Shown here piece by piece: positions 39,601 to 48,249 of a stretch of 64,000 bases of DNA (position 1 is the first letter of the stretch; each line of letters starts with the position of its first letter). The position numbers and the translations under genes are program-made. Source of the stretch: Candidatus Omnitrophota bacterium (GTDB lineage Bacteria > Omnitrophota > Omnitrophia > Omnitrophales > Aquincolibacteriaceae); the NCBI GenBank assembly GCA_903884815.1, contig CAISGE010000070.1, forward strand, positions 22,080 through 86,079. The letters are read 5' to 3'. The notes under the pieces are model-generated. The model searched no databases. It was not told the origin of the DNA and saw only the letters and a program-made list of their open reading frames with translations.

Positions 39601-41310
39601 TTAAGGCGCCGTCCTCCCAACCCGGCCCCCGAAGTTGCCGACACGGGTGGCGTCCTCGAGGGCCGCGGTCTCGCGGTCCGAGACTCCCGCGCTGTCGGCA
39701 CCGCTGTAACCATCCCCGCCGCGAAACCCGGAGCCTGCGGCACCGGTCACTTCGCCGGAACTATAGCCCGGCCAGTCCGCGACATCGGCGTTGCCGTTCG
39801 TACTCAGCGCCCCGTCCCCATGCGTGCCCGTGAATGCCCGCCCCGTGGCATTCCCCACCGTCACGGTTCTCTCGCTTTCATTGCCGGTCAGGTCCAGATT
39901 GCCGTAATAACCCGCGCCGGATTTCTCGCGTGTATCAGACGACCCTGTTGCAAAGATACCCACGCGTAAGGGACCAGAATCCCCGTCGCCATTGGTGAAG
40001 CCTGCATAGTTGTAATTGCAGTTAGCGCCCCCAGTGGCGCAGTACTCGGTGCCGTCTTCCGTGCCGCTGATCGTATCGCATGCCGTGATATTCGTCGTGC
40101 CCCAGGCATATTCCCCCGCCACGGGAGCCTCGGGACCGCGCGCGGCCTTCTCGAATTCTAGCTCCGTGATCGGCCTTAAGCCCGCCCAGTCCGCGTACGC
40201 CATCAGATCCGGCCAGGAGATATCACTCGCCGCGCGGGAATCACGGGAGCCGGTATTAAAGATCACGCGGGCCGGCGAAGTGCCGTTCCCCGTCGTCGGG
40301 CACTGTATCGTGTTGCGGTTAGGGGAGCCATCGCTATCGACCATCACGAAGTTATTCGCTACGGCGTCTCCGGAAATATCGGACGCTACGCGCGTTTGCT
40401 GCTGGGTGCGGGTGAGTGTGTTCAGAAAGCGGACGTACTGGCCCTGGGACATTTCATATTTCATGAGATAAAACGCGCCGTAGCCTTTCGGGAATGCCGC
40501 GGGGATCGTAAAAATTTCGTCGGTGTTGGCTTCTCCTGAATTGCCCCCGCTTTGGTACTGCCAGTTGCCCGAGGAATTCGTGGTCGTGATCTCACTCTCG
40601 CTTGTGATGCCCCAGAGACTGTTGCCTGCCAAACCTAAAGAATTAGCAGAAGCACCGTCTCCCGCGGTAAAAGAACCTTCGGGGATATACACCATCTCGA
40701 TCGCGAAAAGGCGGAACTTCATGCCCGATTGCGTCGCCTGCGTGTCGCTCACCCCGTCCGCGCCGTAATCCCACACGAGTTGCGTGCCGGTCTTGGAAAC
40801 CGTCCCGGTGTCCCCAAAATTCTGAAGCTGAACAAAGGCGCCTTTCTTGTCGCTCGGAACAAAAATATCAATGGAAGGACTACCGGAGCCATGGGTAAAA
40901 AGCCCACCGATCGTCATGTGATGCCAGGTGCCGGTACCGCCGTCGGCGCAATCCGAGAGGCAATATTTTCCGAACACCCACACCGCGTCGTTACTCGTCG
41001 CATTGTACCAGGCGTTGTCCCAGGAAATATCGAACTGAACCGCGATGGTGTTCAGGAGGGCGTTCTTGTTGAGAAGTTTGGCGTTGGCGAAAGCAACGTT
41101 ATTGGCGGAAGCCACGGGGGAGAGAAAGAAACAAAGCGCGACGGCAAGAATCGAAGGTTTAAGAGACCCAAGGAAATACCCGTCATTCTGACCTATTGTT
41201 TTCTTGCAAAAGCAAGAGAGAGGGAAAAATCTCTCTTGAGATCCTTCGCCCTCTGCGGGGCTCAGGATGACGGCGGTTTCGCTTTTTCCCGCGCCACGAA
41301 CGAGACTCAT
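39601..41310 (-). CDS. Secreted FGE-sulfatase/SUMF1 (C-type lectin fold) domain protein; the RBS-supported start at 41365 is frameshifted
   Basis: EMVYIPEGSF, FYLMKYEMSQGQY, LRPITELEFEKAARG, DLTGNESE, FRGG...GGRVGR; hydrophobic signal ending VASA. Confidence 0.85.
   Translation of the reverse strand: MSLVRGAGKSETAVILSPAEGEGSQERFFPLSCFCKKTIGQNDGYFLGSLKPSILAVALCFFLSPVASANNVAFANAKLLNKNALLNTIAVQFDISWDNAWYNATSNDAVWVFGKYCLSDCADGGTGTWHHMTIGGLFTHGSGSPSIDIFVPSDKKGAFVQLQNFGDTGTVSKTGTQLVWDYGADGVSDTQATQSGMKFRLFAIEMVYIPEGSFTAGDGASANSLGLAGNSLWGITSESEITTTNSSGNWQYQSGGNSGEANTDEIFTIPAAFPKGYGAFYLMKYEMSQGQYVRFLNTLTRTQQQTRVASDISGDAVANNFVMVDSDGSPNRNTIQCPTTGNGTSPARVIFNTGSRDSRAASDISWPDLMAYADWAGLRPITELEFEKAARGPEAPVAGEYAWGTTNITACDTISGTEDGTEYCATGGANCNYNYAGFTNGDGDSGPLRVGIFATGSSDTREKSGAGYYGNLDLTGNESERTVTVGNATGRAFTGTHGDGALSTNGNADVADWPGYSSGEVTGAAGSGFRGGDGYSGADSAGVSDRETAALEDATRVGNFGGRVGRTAP
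41182..41271. repeat. 90-bp palindromic element inserted in frame in the FGE gene
   Basis: Terminal inverted repeats GTCATTCTGA/TCAGGATGAC and internal AATCTC..GAGATCC. Confidence 0.7.
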
Positions 41311-41318
41311 GAGTTTTT

Positions 41319-41352
<34 letters not shown>

Positions 41353-41465
41353 GCGTGCTGATCATAAACAGAATCTCCTAAGGATCGTGTACTAAGAATG
41401 ATAAGTTCACCTGCCGGCGCCGAAAATCCAGACTATGCCGACATACTAACGAAGGATAGACACCT

Positions 41466-43061
41466 CTACAAGGGAGATTCCCGGAGTGTGATCTCGGGGC
41501 GGTTCTCCTGAAAATTCCGGAGAAGCCATTCGCTTAAGAAAAGCACCACCCGCCGCCCCTGCTCATCCCGGGCCAGTGCAACTCCGTACGAAAGAGAATC
41601 CGCCAAAGCGGCGTCGCTCAGATCGCTTTCCGCCCACCGAAGTATTTTCCAAGGAAGCATCTCCAGCGTCGATTCGGCGCCATATTCCTCCTTCAAGCGA
41701 TACTGCAATACCTCATACTGAAGAGGACCCACGGCCCCGAGAAGCGCGGCATTCGGATTGAACGGCTTGATCCAGCTGAACACCTGGACGATGTCTTCGG
41801 CCAGCAAATGCTCCACTCCTTTGCGGAAGGGCTTGTACTTTCCCGGAGAGGGATTACTGATCTGAGCAAAGCATTCGGGCGCAAAACGCGGAATGCTGTT
41901 AAAGGTGATCGTGGGATCTTCGCTCACCGTATCCCCGACGCGAAAATCGGATTTCACCGCGAAGCCGACGATATCGCCTGGATAAGCTTCATTCACGGTC
42001 TCGCGGCTTTGGCCAAGAAGCGTATGCGATCCCGCGATCCGGATGCTTTTGCCCGTGCGTGTGTGATAAACATCCATGTCCCGGAGAAACTTCCCCGAAC
42101 AAATACGCAGAAACGCGATCCTGTCGCGGTGGAGAGGGTTCATATTGGTCTGGATCTTGAAAATAAAACCGGAAAAAGCCTTCTGCGTCACGGGGATGAC
42201 ACGATCCCCGGCTTTTCTTTCTGCCGGTCCGGCGGAATATTTGATAAAACCATCAAGCAGGAGTTGGACGCCGAAATTATTGGCGGCACTTCCAAAAAAT
42301 ACCGGTGTAGTCTTGCCTTGCAGCACGGACTCCGGGGAAAAACCGACATGGGCCGTGTCGAGAAGTTCCAATTCCTCGGCCGCATGGGCATACGATTGCT
42401 CGTCGATGATCGCCTTGACCGAGGGATCATTAAAACCGTGGATCGACACCGGCGCTTTGTAGGCACCACCCGGGACTTTCTCAAAAAGATGCACCTCCTT
42501 ATGGAGACGATCGTAAACCCCTTTAAACTCCCTGCCGCTTCCGAGAGGCCAATTCACCGGATAAGCGTGGATCCCCAGGACGGTTTCCAACTCATCGATC
42601 AGCGCCAAAGGCGACAGGCCGGGACGGTCAAGCTTGTTCATGAAAGTAAAGATCGGAATCCCCCGGTGCCGGCAGATCTCAAAAAGCTTGCGGGTCTGGC
42701 TCTCGATGCCTTTACCGGAATCGATCACCATCACGACGGCGTCGACCGCCATGAGTACCCGGTAGGTGTCTTCGGAGAAATCTTTGTGTCCCGGTGTGTC
42801 AAGAAGGTTCACGCGCCAGGGACCGTAATCGAACTGAAGCAGGGTGGAGCTGATGGAGATACCGCGCTTTTTCTCCATCTCCATCCAGTCAGAGGCCGTC
42901 TCCCGCTGCTGCTTGCGGGCGGTCACCGAACCCGCGAGCTGCACCGCTCCTCCATAGAGAAGGAATTTCTCGGTCAACGTCGTCTTTCCGGCATCCGGAT
43001 GCGAAATAATGGCAAACGTCCGCCGTCGGGTGATCTCGTCTTGCATATTTCCTGGCTGCAT
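41466..43061 (-). CDS. prfC: Peptide chain release factor 3
   Basis: RRRTFAIISHPDAGKTTLTEK, DTPGHKDFSEDTYR, NKLD, GAVGPLQYEV. Confidence 0.97.
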   Translation of the reverse strand: MQPGNMQDEITRRRTFAIISHPDAGKTTLTEKFLLYGGAVQLAGSVTARKQQRETASDWMEMEKKRGISISSTLLQFDYGPWRVNLLDTPGHKDFSEDTYRVLMAVDAVVMVIDSGKGIESQTRKLFEICRHRGIPIFTFMNKLDRPGLSPLALIDELETVLGIHAYPVNWPLGSGREFKGVYDRLHKEVHLFEKVPGGAYKAPVSIHGFNDPSVKAIIDEQSYAHAAEELELLDTAHVGFSPESVLQGKTTPVFFGSAANNFGVQLLLDGFIKYSAGPAERKAGDRVIPVTQKAFSGFIFKIQTNMNPLHRDRIAFLRICSGKFLRDMDVYHTRTGKSIRIAGSHTLLGQSRETVNEAYPGDIVGFAVKSDFRVGDTVSEDPTITFNSIPRFAPECFAQISNPSPGKYKPFRKGVEHLLAEDIVQVFSWIKPFNPNAALLGAVGPLQYEVLQYRLKEEYGAESTLEMLPWKILRWAESDLSDAALADSLSYGVALARDEQGRRVVLFLSEWLLRNFQENRPEITLRESPL

Positions 43062-43078
43062 TGCTTATCTTCTTTCGA

Positions 43079-43249
43079 TTATTTTTTGTTATCGCTGCTC
43101 TGCAAAAGAGAGACGACCGTATCCAACTGCGCGGATATCTTCTTAAGCGCGTCGAGCTGCTCCCGCGCCATCCGCTCCTGTTTTTCCTGCATCTGCTTGG
43201 CTTCCCCCGCAAGTTTCGCCATATCACCCAGCTTGCTCATATCGAACAT
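43079..43249 (-). CDS. 56-aa coiled-coil protein (absent from the ORF track)
   Basis: GGGAGG RBS, then MFDMSKLGDMAKLAGEAKQMQEKQERMAREQLDALKKISAQLDTVVSLLQSSDNKK*. Confidence 0.75.
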   Translation of the reverse strand: MFDMSKLGDMAKLAGEAKQMQEKQERMAREQLDALKKISAQLDTVVSLLQSSDNKK

Positions 43250-43341
43250 AGAACCTCCCGTAAATAGATTTAAATACGATTCGGCTTATACTGGAAAAGA
43301 GAGACAGTGTAAGTGATTCCAAAGGAACTGAGGAAGAAACT

Positions 43342-44538
43342 TTATCCGCCACCGCTCTGTTTTTTCAGGGCCACCTGGAGCTGTTCCGGGGTGATCGCCC
43401 CTTCCGCGGTGAGGATCTCCCCAAGCTTCTTACGCTCGGGGGAATCCTTGGGAAGGGTGAAAAAGAACGTGGTGCCTTTTCCAAACTCGCTTTCGACCCC
43501 GATCTTCCCGCCATGGCGTTCCACGATCTCTTTACTGATCGAAAGCCCCAACCCAGTCCCTTTTTCAACACCGAGGGCCGGCTTGCCAAACTGCTCAAAT
43601 TTACTGAAGACCTTGCCTAATTCCTCAGGCGCGATCCCGCAGCCCGTATCCTTCACGGCGCACCGGACTTCCGCCGGAGACTCCGAGACAGAGATCTCCA
43701 CAAAACCTTCCTGGCAAAATTTCAGAGAATTGCTCAAGAGGTTCGTGAACACCCGCGTGATCTTGTCTTTATCCGCGCAAACCTGCACGACCTCCGCAGA
43801 CAAAGCGGTCTTAAGTTGCAACCCCTTTTTCCGCGCCACCTCTTCAAAGAGACCCGCGACTTCCCGGACAACATCGTTGATATTAAAAAGGGTTTTCACT
43901 TCCTTGGCTTTTCCCGCTTCCAGTTTCGCGATCGCCAACAGATCGTCCGTGATCCTGAAGAGGCGCGCCACCGAGTTCATGACCATCTCGAGAATATTCT
44001 TTTGATCCTCAGGCCCCTTCGCTGCGACACTGTTATAAACGATCCGAACCAACTCCTGGATCGCGAACAAAGGATTCCTGAGCTCATGGCTGACCACGTT
44101 CACAAAATGATCACGCATGCCCATCAGTTTTTTTCGCTCGTTCGCGTAAGCCAGGGCACGCAAAAGCCCCCGTTCATCCACCTGCCCCTTGATCAGATAA
44201 TCCTGGGCGCCTTTCGAAACGGCCTCGATCGCCACCCCTTCGTCCAGGACATTCCCGGTCCACAAAATGATCGGAAGCCCGGGAGCGTTCTTGGCGAAGG
44301 CCTGATAGATCTCAAGACCAAAGGCATCCGGCACCTTGAGGTCGCTTAAAATAATGTCGAAGGTTTCTTTTTTAAGGAGCTCCAGGGCCTGGGCGAGGGT
44401 TTCGCCGCGGGAGACCACATACTTCAGTGTCTTGGAATGGCGTAGAGAGCGCGTCACCCACTGAGCGTCCACTTCATCATCCTCGAGAAGCAGGAGACGC
44501 AGCGGAGCGTCTTCTTTCTTTTCCGCATCCTCACTCAT
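43342..44538 (-). CDS. Hybrid REC-histidine kinase with a C-terminal MshEN-like motif
   Basis: LLEDD, LSDLKVPD, SHELRNPL, NSLKF, GTGLGL; tail RKKLGEILTAEGAITPEQLQVALKKQ. Confidence 0.92.
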   Translation of the reverse strand: MSEDAEKKEDAPLRLLLLEDDEVDAQWVTRSLRHSKTLKYVVSRGETLAQALELLKKETFDIILSDLKVPDAFGLEIYQAFAKNAPGLPIILWTGNVLDEGVAIEAVSKGAQDYLIKGQVDERGLLRALAYANERKKLMGMRDHFVNVVSHELRNPLFAIQELVRIVYNSVAAKGPEDQKNILEMVMNSVARLFRITDDLLAIAKLEAGKAKEVKTLFNINDVVREVAGLFEEVARKKGLQLKTALSAEVVQVCADKDKITRVFTNLLSNSLKFCQEGFVEISVSESPAEVRCAVKDTGCGIAPEELGKVFSKFEQFGKPALGVEKGTGLGLSISKEIVERHGGKIGVESEFGKGTTFFFTLPKDSPERKKLGEILTAEGAITPEQLQVALKKQSGGG

Positions 44539-44587
44539 CTCGATGCCACCCTTTCAGGATCTCTTGTTTATCGCAGGTCGAACTCGT

Positions 44588-45001
44588 TTAGGAGGGAAGC
44601 TCGCTCGTCCGCCAATAGGCCGCGATAGTTTCCATGACGGAAAGATACTTGCCCGCGTCCACGGGCTTGATCATATACCCCGCGACCCCCAGCTTGAAAG
44701 CCTTCGCGCGGTCCGACTCCTCCCGGAACGTGCTCAGGATCACCACGGGGATCTTCAGCAGATCGGGATCGTGTTTAAGCTTGTCCAGAAATTCCAGCCC
44801 GTTCATGACCGGCATATCGATGTCGGAAAGGATCACCGCCGGAAGCGCGTTCAGATTGGCACGAAGCCACTCCAGCCCCTTGGCCCCGTTCTCGCAAACG
44901 ATCAGAGGGTTCTTGATGTTCAGTTCCTTCAAGGCGCGCTTGATCGCCGTCACATCGATCTCATCGTCTTCCAGTAAAAGAATAGACCTTCCGTCCTTCA
45001 T
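44588..45001 (-). CDS. Single-domain response regulator (Rcp1-like)
   Basis: LLEDD, LSDIDMP, KP, YW tail. Confidence 0.92.
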   Translation of the reverse strand: MKDGRSILLLEDDEIDVTAIKRALKELNIKNPLIVCENGAKGLEWLRANLNALPAVILSDIDMPVMNGLEFLDKLKHDPDLLKIPVVILSTFREESDRAKAFKLGVAGYMIKPVDAGKYLSVMETIAAYWRTSELPS

Positions 45002-45025
45002 CGCACGCTCCTATGCATCCCGCAG

Positions 45026-46912
45026 TTATTTAGGCCAGGTAAAGAAAAAACGGCTTCCCTCGCCGAGCTTGGATTCTATCCAAACGCGTCCGCCCCGCAA
45101 CTCAATAATTCTCTTCACAAGCGCCAGGCCCACACCGGTGTTTTCAGTCCCCACTTCCGCGCCCAGCGTCTGGAATAATTTGAAGATCTTTTCGAAATTC
45201 TTGGGATCGATCCCCGTCCCGTTATCCTCGACACAGAATTGCCACGCGTCCTTCTGCTCTTCGCAGCGGACCTTGATCTCACCTTGCGGTTTGTCCGAAA
45301 ACTTCATGGCATTCGAGATCAGATTTTGGAAGACCTGATGCATCCTGACCCGAGGACACTTCACGGTCGGCAGCGTTCCGTCGATCGCGATATGGATGCG
45401 CGGAGGCGGGTTCAAGTTCTCAATGATCTCCTTGACCAGAAGATTCATGTCGGCCAGTTCCTCGTCGCCTTCCACATTCCCGACCCGGGAATATTGCAGG
45501 ATCCCGCTGATCAGGGCATCCATCCGGAGAGCACGACTCCTCAAGAGATCGAGTTGATGTTTGCCTTCGTCATCGAACTTGTCGGCGTAATCTTCCTTGA
45601 GCCAGGTCGATACGGAAGTGATCCCGCGAAGAGGCGCCTTGAGATCGTGAGAAACAACATACGCGAAATCCTCGAGTTCCTTGTTCGAACGCTGCAGTTG
45701 CAGGGCCATCGCATTCAACTGATCCCGTGACGCCGTCGTTTTCGCCAAGTGAGCCGTCATCCGGTCGAAGGAGCGCGAAAGATCGCCGATCTCATCACGC
45801 GAACTCATGGCCACGGTGTAGTCCCAATTCCCGTTTCCGATAATTTCGGTCCCCTTCTGTAGTATCTGGATGGGGTTGGAGATCGAACGTGAGATCAGGA
45901 TCGACGCGAAAATGGTCAAGCCCATGGTGATCACCAAAATAGTAATGAGATTTTTCCGCAATAGATTGATCGGGGCAAACACTTCCTCGGCGTCAACCTT
46001 CACGATGATCCCCCATCCAAAGAACGGGACGTAGCGCCAAACCTCCAGGACTTCTTTCCCCCGGTAATCGATAGAGATCCCCTGACCTTTCTTACCCTGA
46101 ACGGCCTGAACCAAGGGGGCCTCCGGATCCGCATCAATATTTACCTTGCGCTTAAAGACCGCGGAGGGATCATGCCGGGTCGGGGCCACAAAGACCACCT
46201 GATTCCCGACCTTGGTGCCGATCACGGTCTCGCCTGTTTCCCCCAACCCGCGGTAGTCGCTTGCCAACGCGTAGATCTCCTTCGTATTCAACCGGACCAT
46301 GGCGATCCCGATCATTTTCCCGGATTTCAGGAACGGGGTCGCCATAAAGACCTCGGGCTCGTTCATCCCGCGGAGAAATTCAAACTCCGAAACCTCGGTC
46401 GCAAGCAGCGTGCTGGCCAGGTCAAAGACTTTGGCGGCGGCAGAATCGTGCAAGGGACCTATTTTGTAATTCACACCGAGATCCTGTTTCCGGTTGAGGG
46501 AAAAAATAACCACCCCGTCCGGCGTGATAAACGAGAGATCCTGAAATCCCGTGATCGCCTGGTAGCGGGAAAAACCGGGCCGGACCTTTCCTTCCACGAC
46601 CGCATAGTCGGGAGACTTCAAGCCGCTTTGCTGAGCTGCCTCTTCCAATATCTCCAGCGCCCGGATGGCGGAGGGCTGCAGGACAAGCAGTTCCAAAGTC
46701 CGCTGTGTCTCGCGGATATAAGTCTCAATGTTACTGACACGCTCAACCGTCATGACCACCAGCTTGTTCATGATCTCATGCTGGAGCTGTTCCTTGCCCC
46801 GGTCATTCGCCAGATAGACGATCACCGCCAAAGGCACCAGAGTGATCAACAAAAACCAGCCGGTGAGCTTGGTCGCGATCTTCGGCTTGAGAAAATCCTT
46901 GAGCATGCTCAT
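45026..46912 (-). CDS. Membrane sensor histidine kinase (Cache-like sensor, HAMP)
   Basis: Two TMs, GLGETGET, DYRG, RSNKELEDFAYVVSHDLKAPLR, NAMKF, TGVGL; start MSMLK overlaps the urtA-like stop. Confidence 0.92.
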   Translation of the reverse strand: MSMLKDFLKPKIATKLTGWFLLITLVPLAVIVYLANDRGKEQLQHEIMNKLVVMTVERVSNIETYIRETQRTLELLVLQPSAIRALEILEEAAQQSGLKSPDYAVVEGKVRPGFSRYQAITGFQDLSFITPDGVVIFSLNRKQDLGVNYKIGPLHDSAAAKVFDLASTLLATEVSEFEFLRGMNEPEVFMATPFLKSGKMIGIAMVRLNTKEIYALASDYRGLGETGETVIGTKVGNQVVFVAPTRHDPSAVFKRKVNIDADPEAPLVQAVQGKKGQGISIDYRGKEVLEVWRYVPFFGWGIIVKVDAEEVFAPINLLRKNLITILVITMGLTIFASILISRSISNPIQILQKGTEIIGNGNWDYTVAMSSRDEIGDLSRSFDRMTAHLAKTTASRDQLNAMALQLQRSNKELEDFAYVVSHDLKAPLRGITSVSTWLKEDYADKFDDEGKHQLDLLRSRALRMDALISGILQYSRVGNVEGDEELADMNLLVKEIIENLNPPPRIHIAIDGTLPTVKCPRVRMHQVFQNLISNAMKFSDKPQGEIKVRCEEQKDAWQFCVEDNGTGIDPKNFEKIFKLFQTLGAEVGTENTGVGLALVKRIIELRGGRVWIESKLGEGSRFFFTWPK

Positions 46913-48150
46913 CTCCTGGGGTTCGCCCACTTTTGCCCCCAACTCTGATAAAGATCTTCCATAAACTTCTCCCACTCCGCCTTAAGCTTACTCAGCGGGT
47001 AGGGCACGGGACGAACCGGCTTCCCGGAAGTCCAGACGATCGAGAACTGCCCGTCTTCCTTAATGACCCCGATCCTCACCGTTTTCCAGGTATGCTGCGT
47101 CCCGGGATCGACGTACACAATGCCTTCCGGGGCCGAGAAGCTTTGGCCCTGGATGGTTTTGCGCACGGCGTTCACATCTTCTGTCGCCGCATCCTCCACG
47201 GCCTGGGCCCACAAGTACACCCCCACATAGCCCGCTTCGACCGGATCATCGATCACGCGGTTTGCTCCGTATTTCTTCTTAAAGGCCGCCACAAAAACCT
47301 TATTTTCCTCTGAGGCAATACTCTGGAAATAATTCCGGGATCCGTAATTACCGGCGACGGTCTTCGGATCCATCCCTGTGAGTTCCTGTTCTCCGAGACT
47401 GAAGGAAAGCGTGGGGAGCCTGTCCGGTGTCACGCCGGCCCTGCGCAACTCCGTAAAAAAAGCGGCATTCGTATCCCCGGTCAGGGTATTGAGAATGACA
47501 TCCGGCTTTGAGTTGAAGATATTCTGAATCACGCCCGCGACATCCTTGGTGCCGGGCAGAAGATAGTCTTCTCCCACGATCTCCCCGCCCAGCGCGTTCG
47601 CCTGAGCTTTGATGATCTCATGGGCCGCGTGTGAAAAAAGGTAGTCGGAACCGACAAGAAAAAGACGCTTCCACCCCTTGTCAAAACACCACTTCACTGC
47701 GGGAAGGATCTGCTGGTTGGGGGCCGCTCCGGTGTAAATGATGTTCGGGGATTGCTCAAGGCCTTCATATTGGACAGGATAGATCAGAAGATGATTGTAT
47801 TTCTCAAAGAGAGGCTTGAGGGCCTTGCGGCTTTCCGAGGTCCAGCCGCCAAAGACCACGCAGACTTTTTCTTTTGTGATCAGCCGCTCGGCCTCGGCGG
47901 AAAAAGTAGCCCAATCGGATCTTCCATCAGCGATAACGGGTTGGATCCTGCGCCCCAGCAGGCCGCCCCGGGCATTGATCTCCTCGATGGCCATGAGCGT
48001 CGCGTCCTTGACAGAGGTTTCAATGGGCGCCATCGCCCCGCTCATCGAGAAAAGAACCCCCACCTTGATCGGCTCCCCGATCGCGACCTTCCCGCAGCCG
48101 AGGCTCCCCAAAAGCACCGCGAGCACTGCGGCGATGACCTTCAAACGCAT
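46909..48150 (-). CDS. urtA: Urea/amide ABC-type substrate-binding lipoprotein (UrtA/AmiC family)
   Basis: Lipobox LGC, FGGWTSESRK, YPVQYEGLE, GAAPNQQ, GSDY; GGGAGG RBS. Confidence 0.85.
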   Translation of the reverse strand: MRLKVIAAVLAVLLGSLGCGKVAIGEPIKVGVLFSMSGAMAPIETSVKDATLMAIEEINARGGLLGRRIQPVIADGRSDWATFSAEAERLITKEKVCVVFGGWTSESRKALKPLFEKYNHLLIYPVQYEGLEQSPNIIYTGAAPNQQILPAVKWCFDKGWKRLFLVGSDYLFSHAAHEIIKAQANALGGEIVGEDYLLPGTKDVAGVIQNIFNSKPDVILNTLTGDTNAAFFTELRRAGVTPDRLPTLSFSLGEQELTGMDPKTVAGNYGSRNYFQSIASEENKVFVAAFKKKYGANRVIDDPVEAGYVGVYLWAQAVEDAATEDVNAVRKTIQGQSFSAPEGIVYVDPGTQHTWKTVRIGVIKEDGQFSIVWTSGKPVRPVPYPLSKLKAEWEKFMEDLYQSWGQKWANPRR

Positions 48151-48249
48151 GCTTGAACCTCCCGCTCCGTGGACCTTGCGTGCCAAACGTTTACCTTTAT
48201 AGAACCGGATCATAGGAAATTCAAGCGGTTTTAGAGAAAAATGCCGCAT

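Noticed and set aside
41808-43316. 502-aa plus-strand ORF
   Set aside because: Antisense to prfC, no motifs; typical GC-rich shadow ORF
46909-48150. Urea ABC transporter operon
   Set aside because: No permease or ATPase genes adjacent
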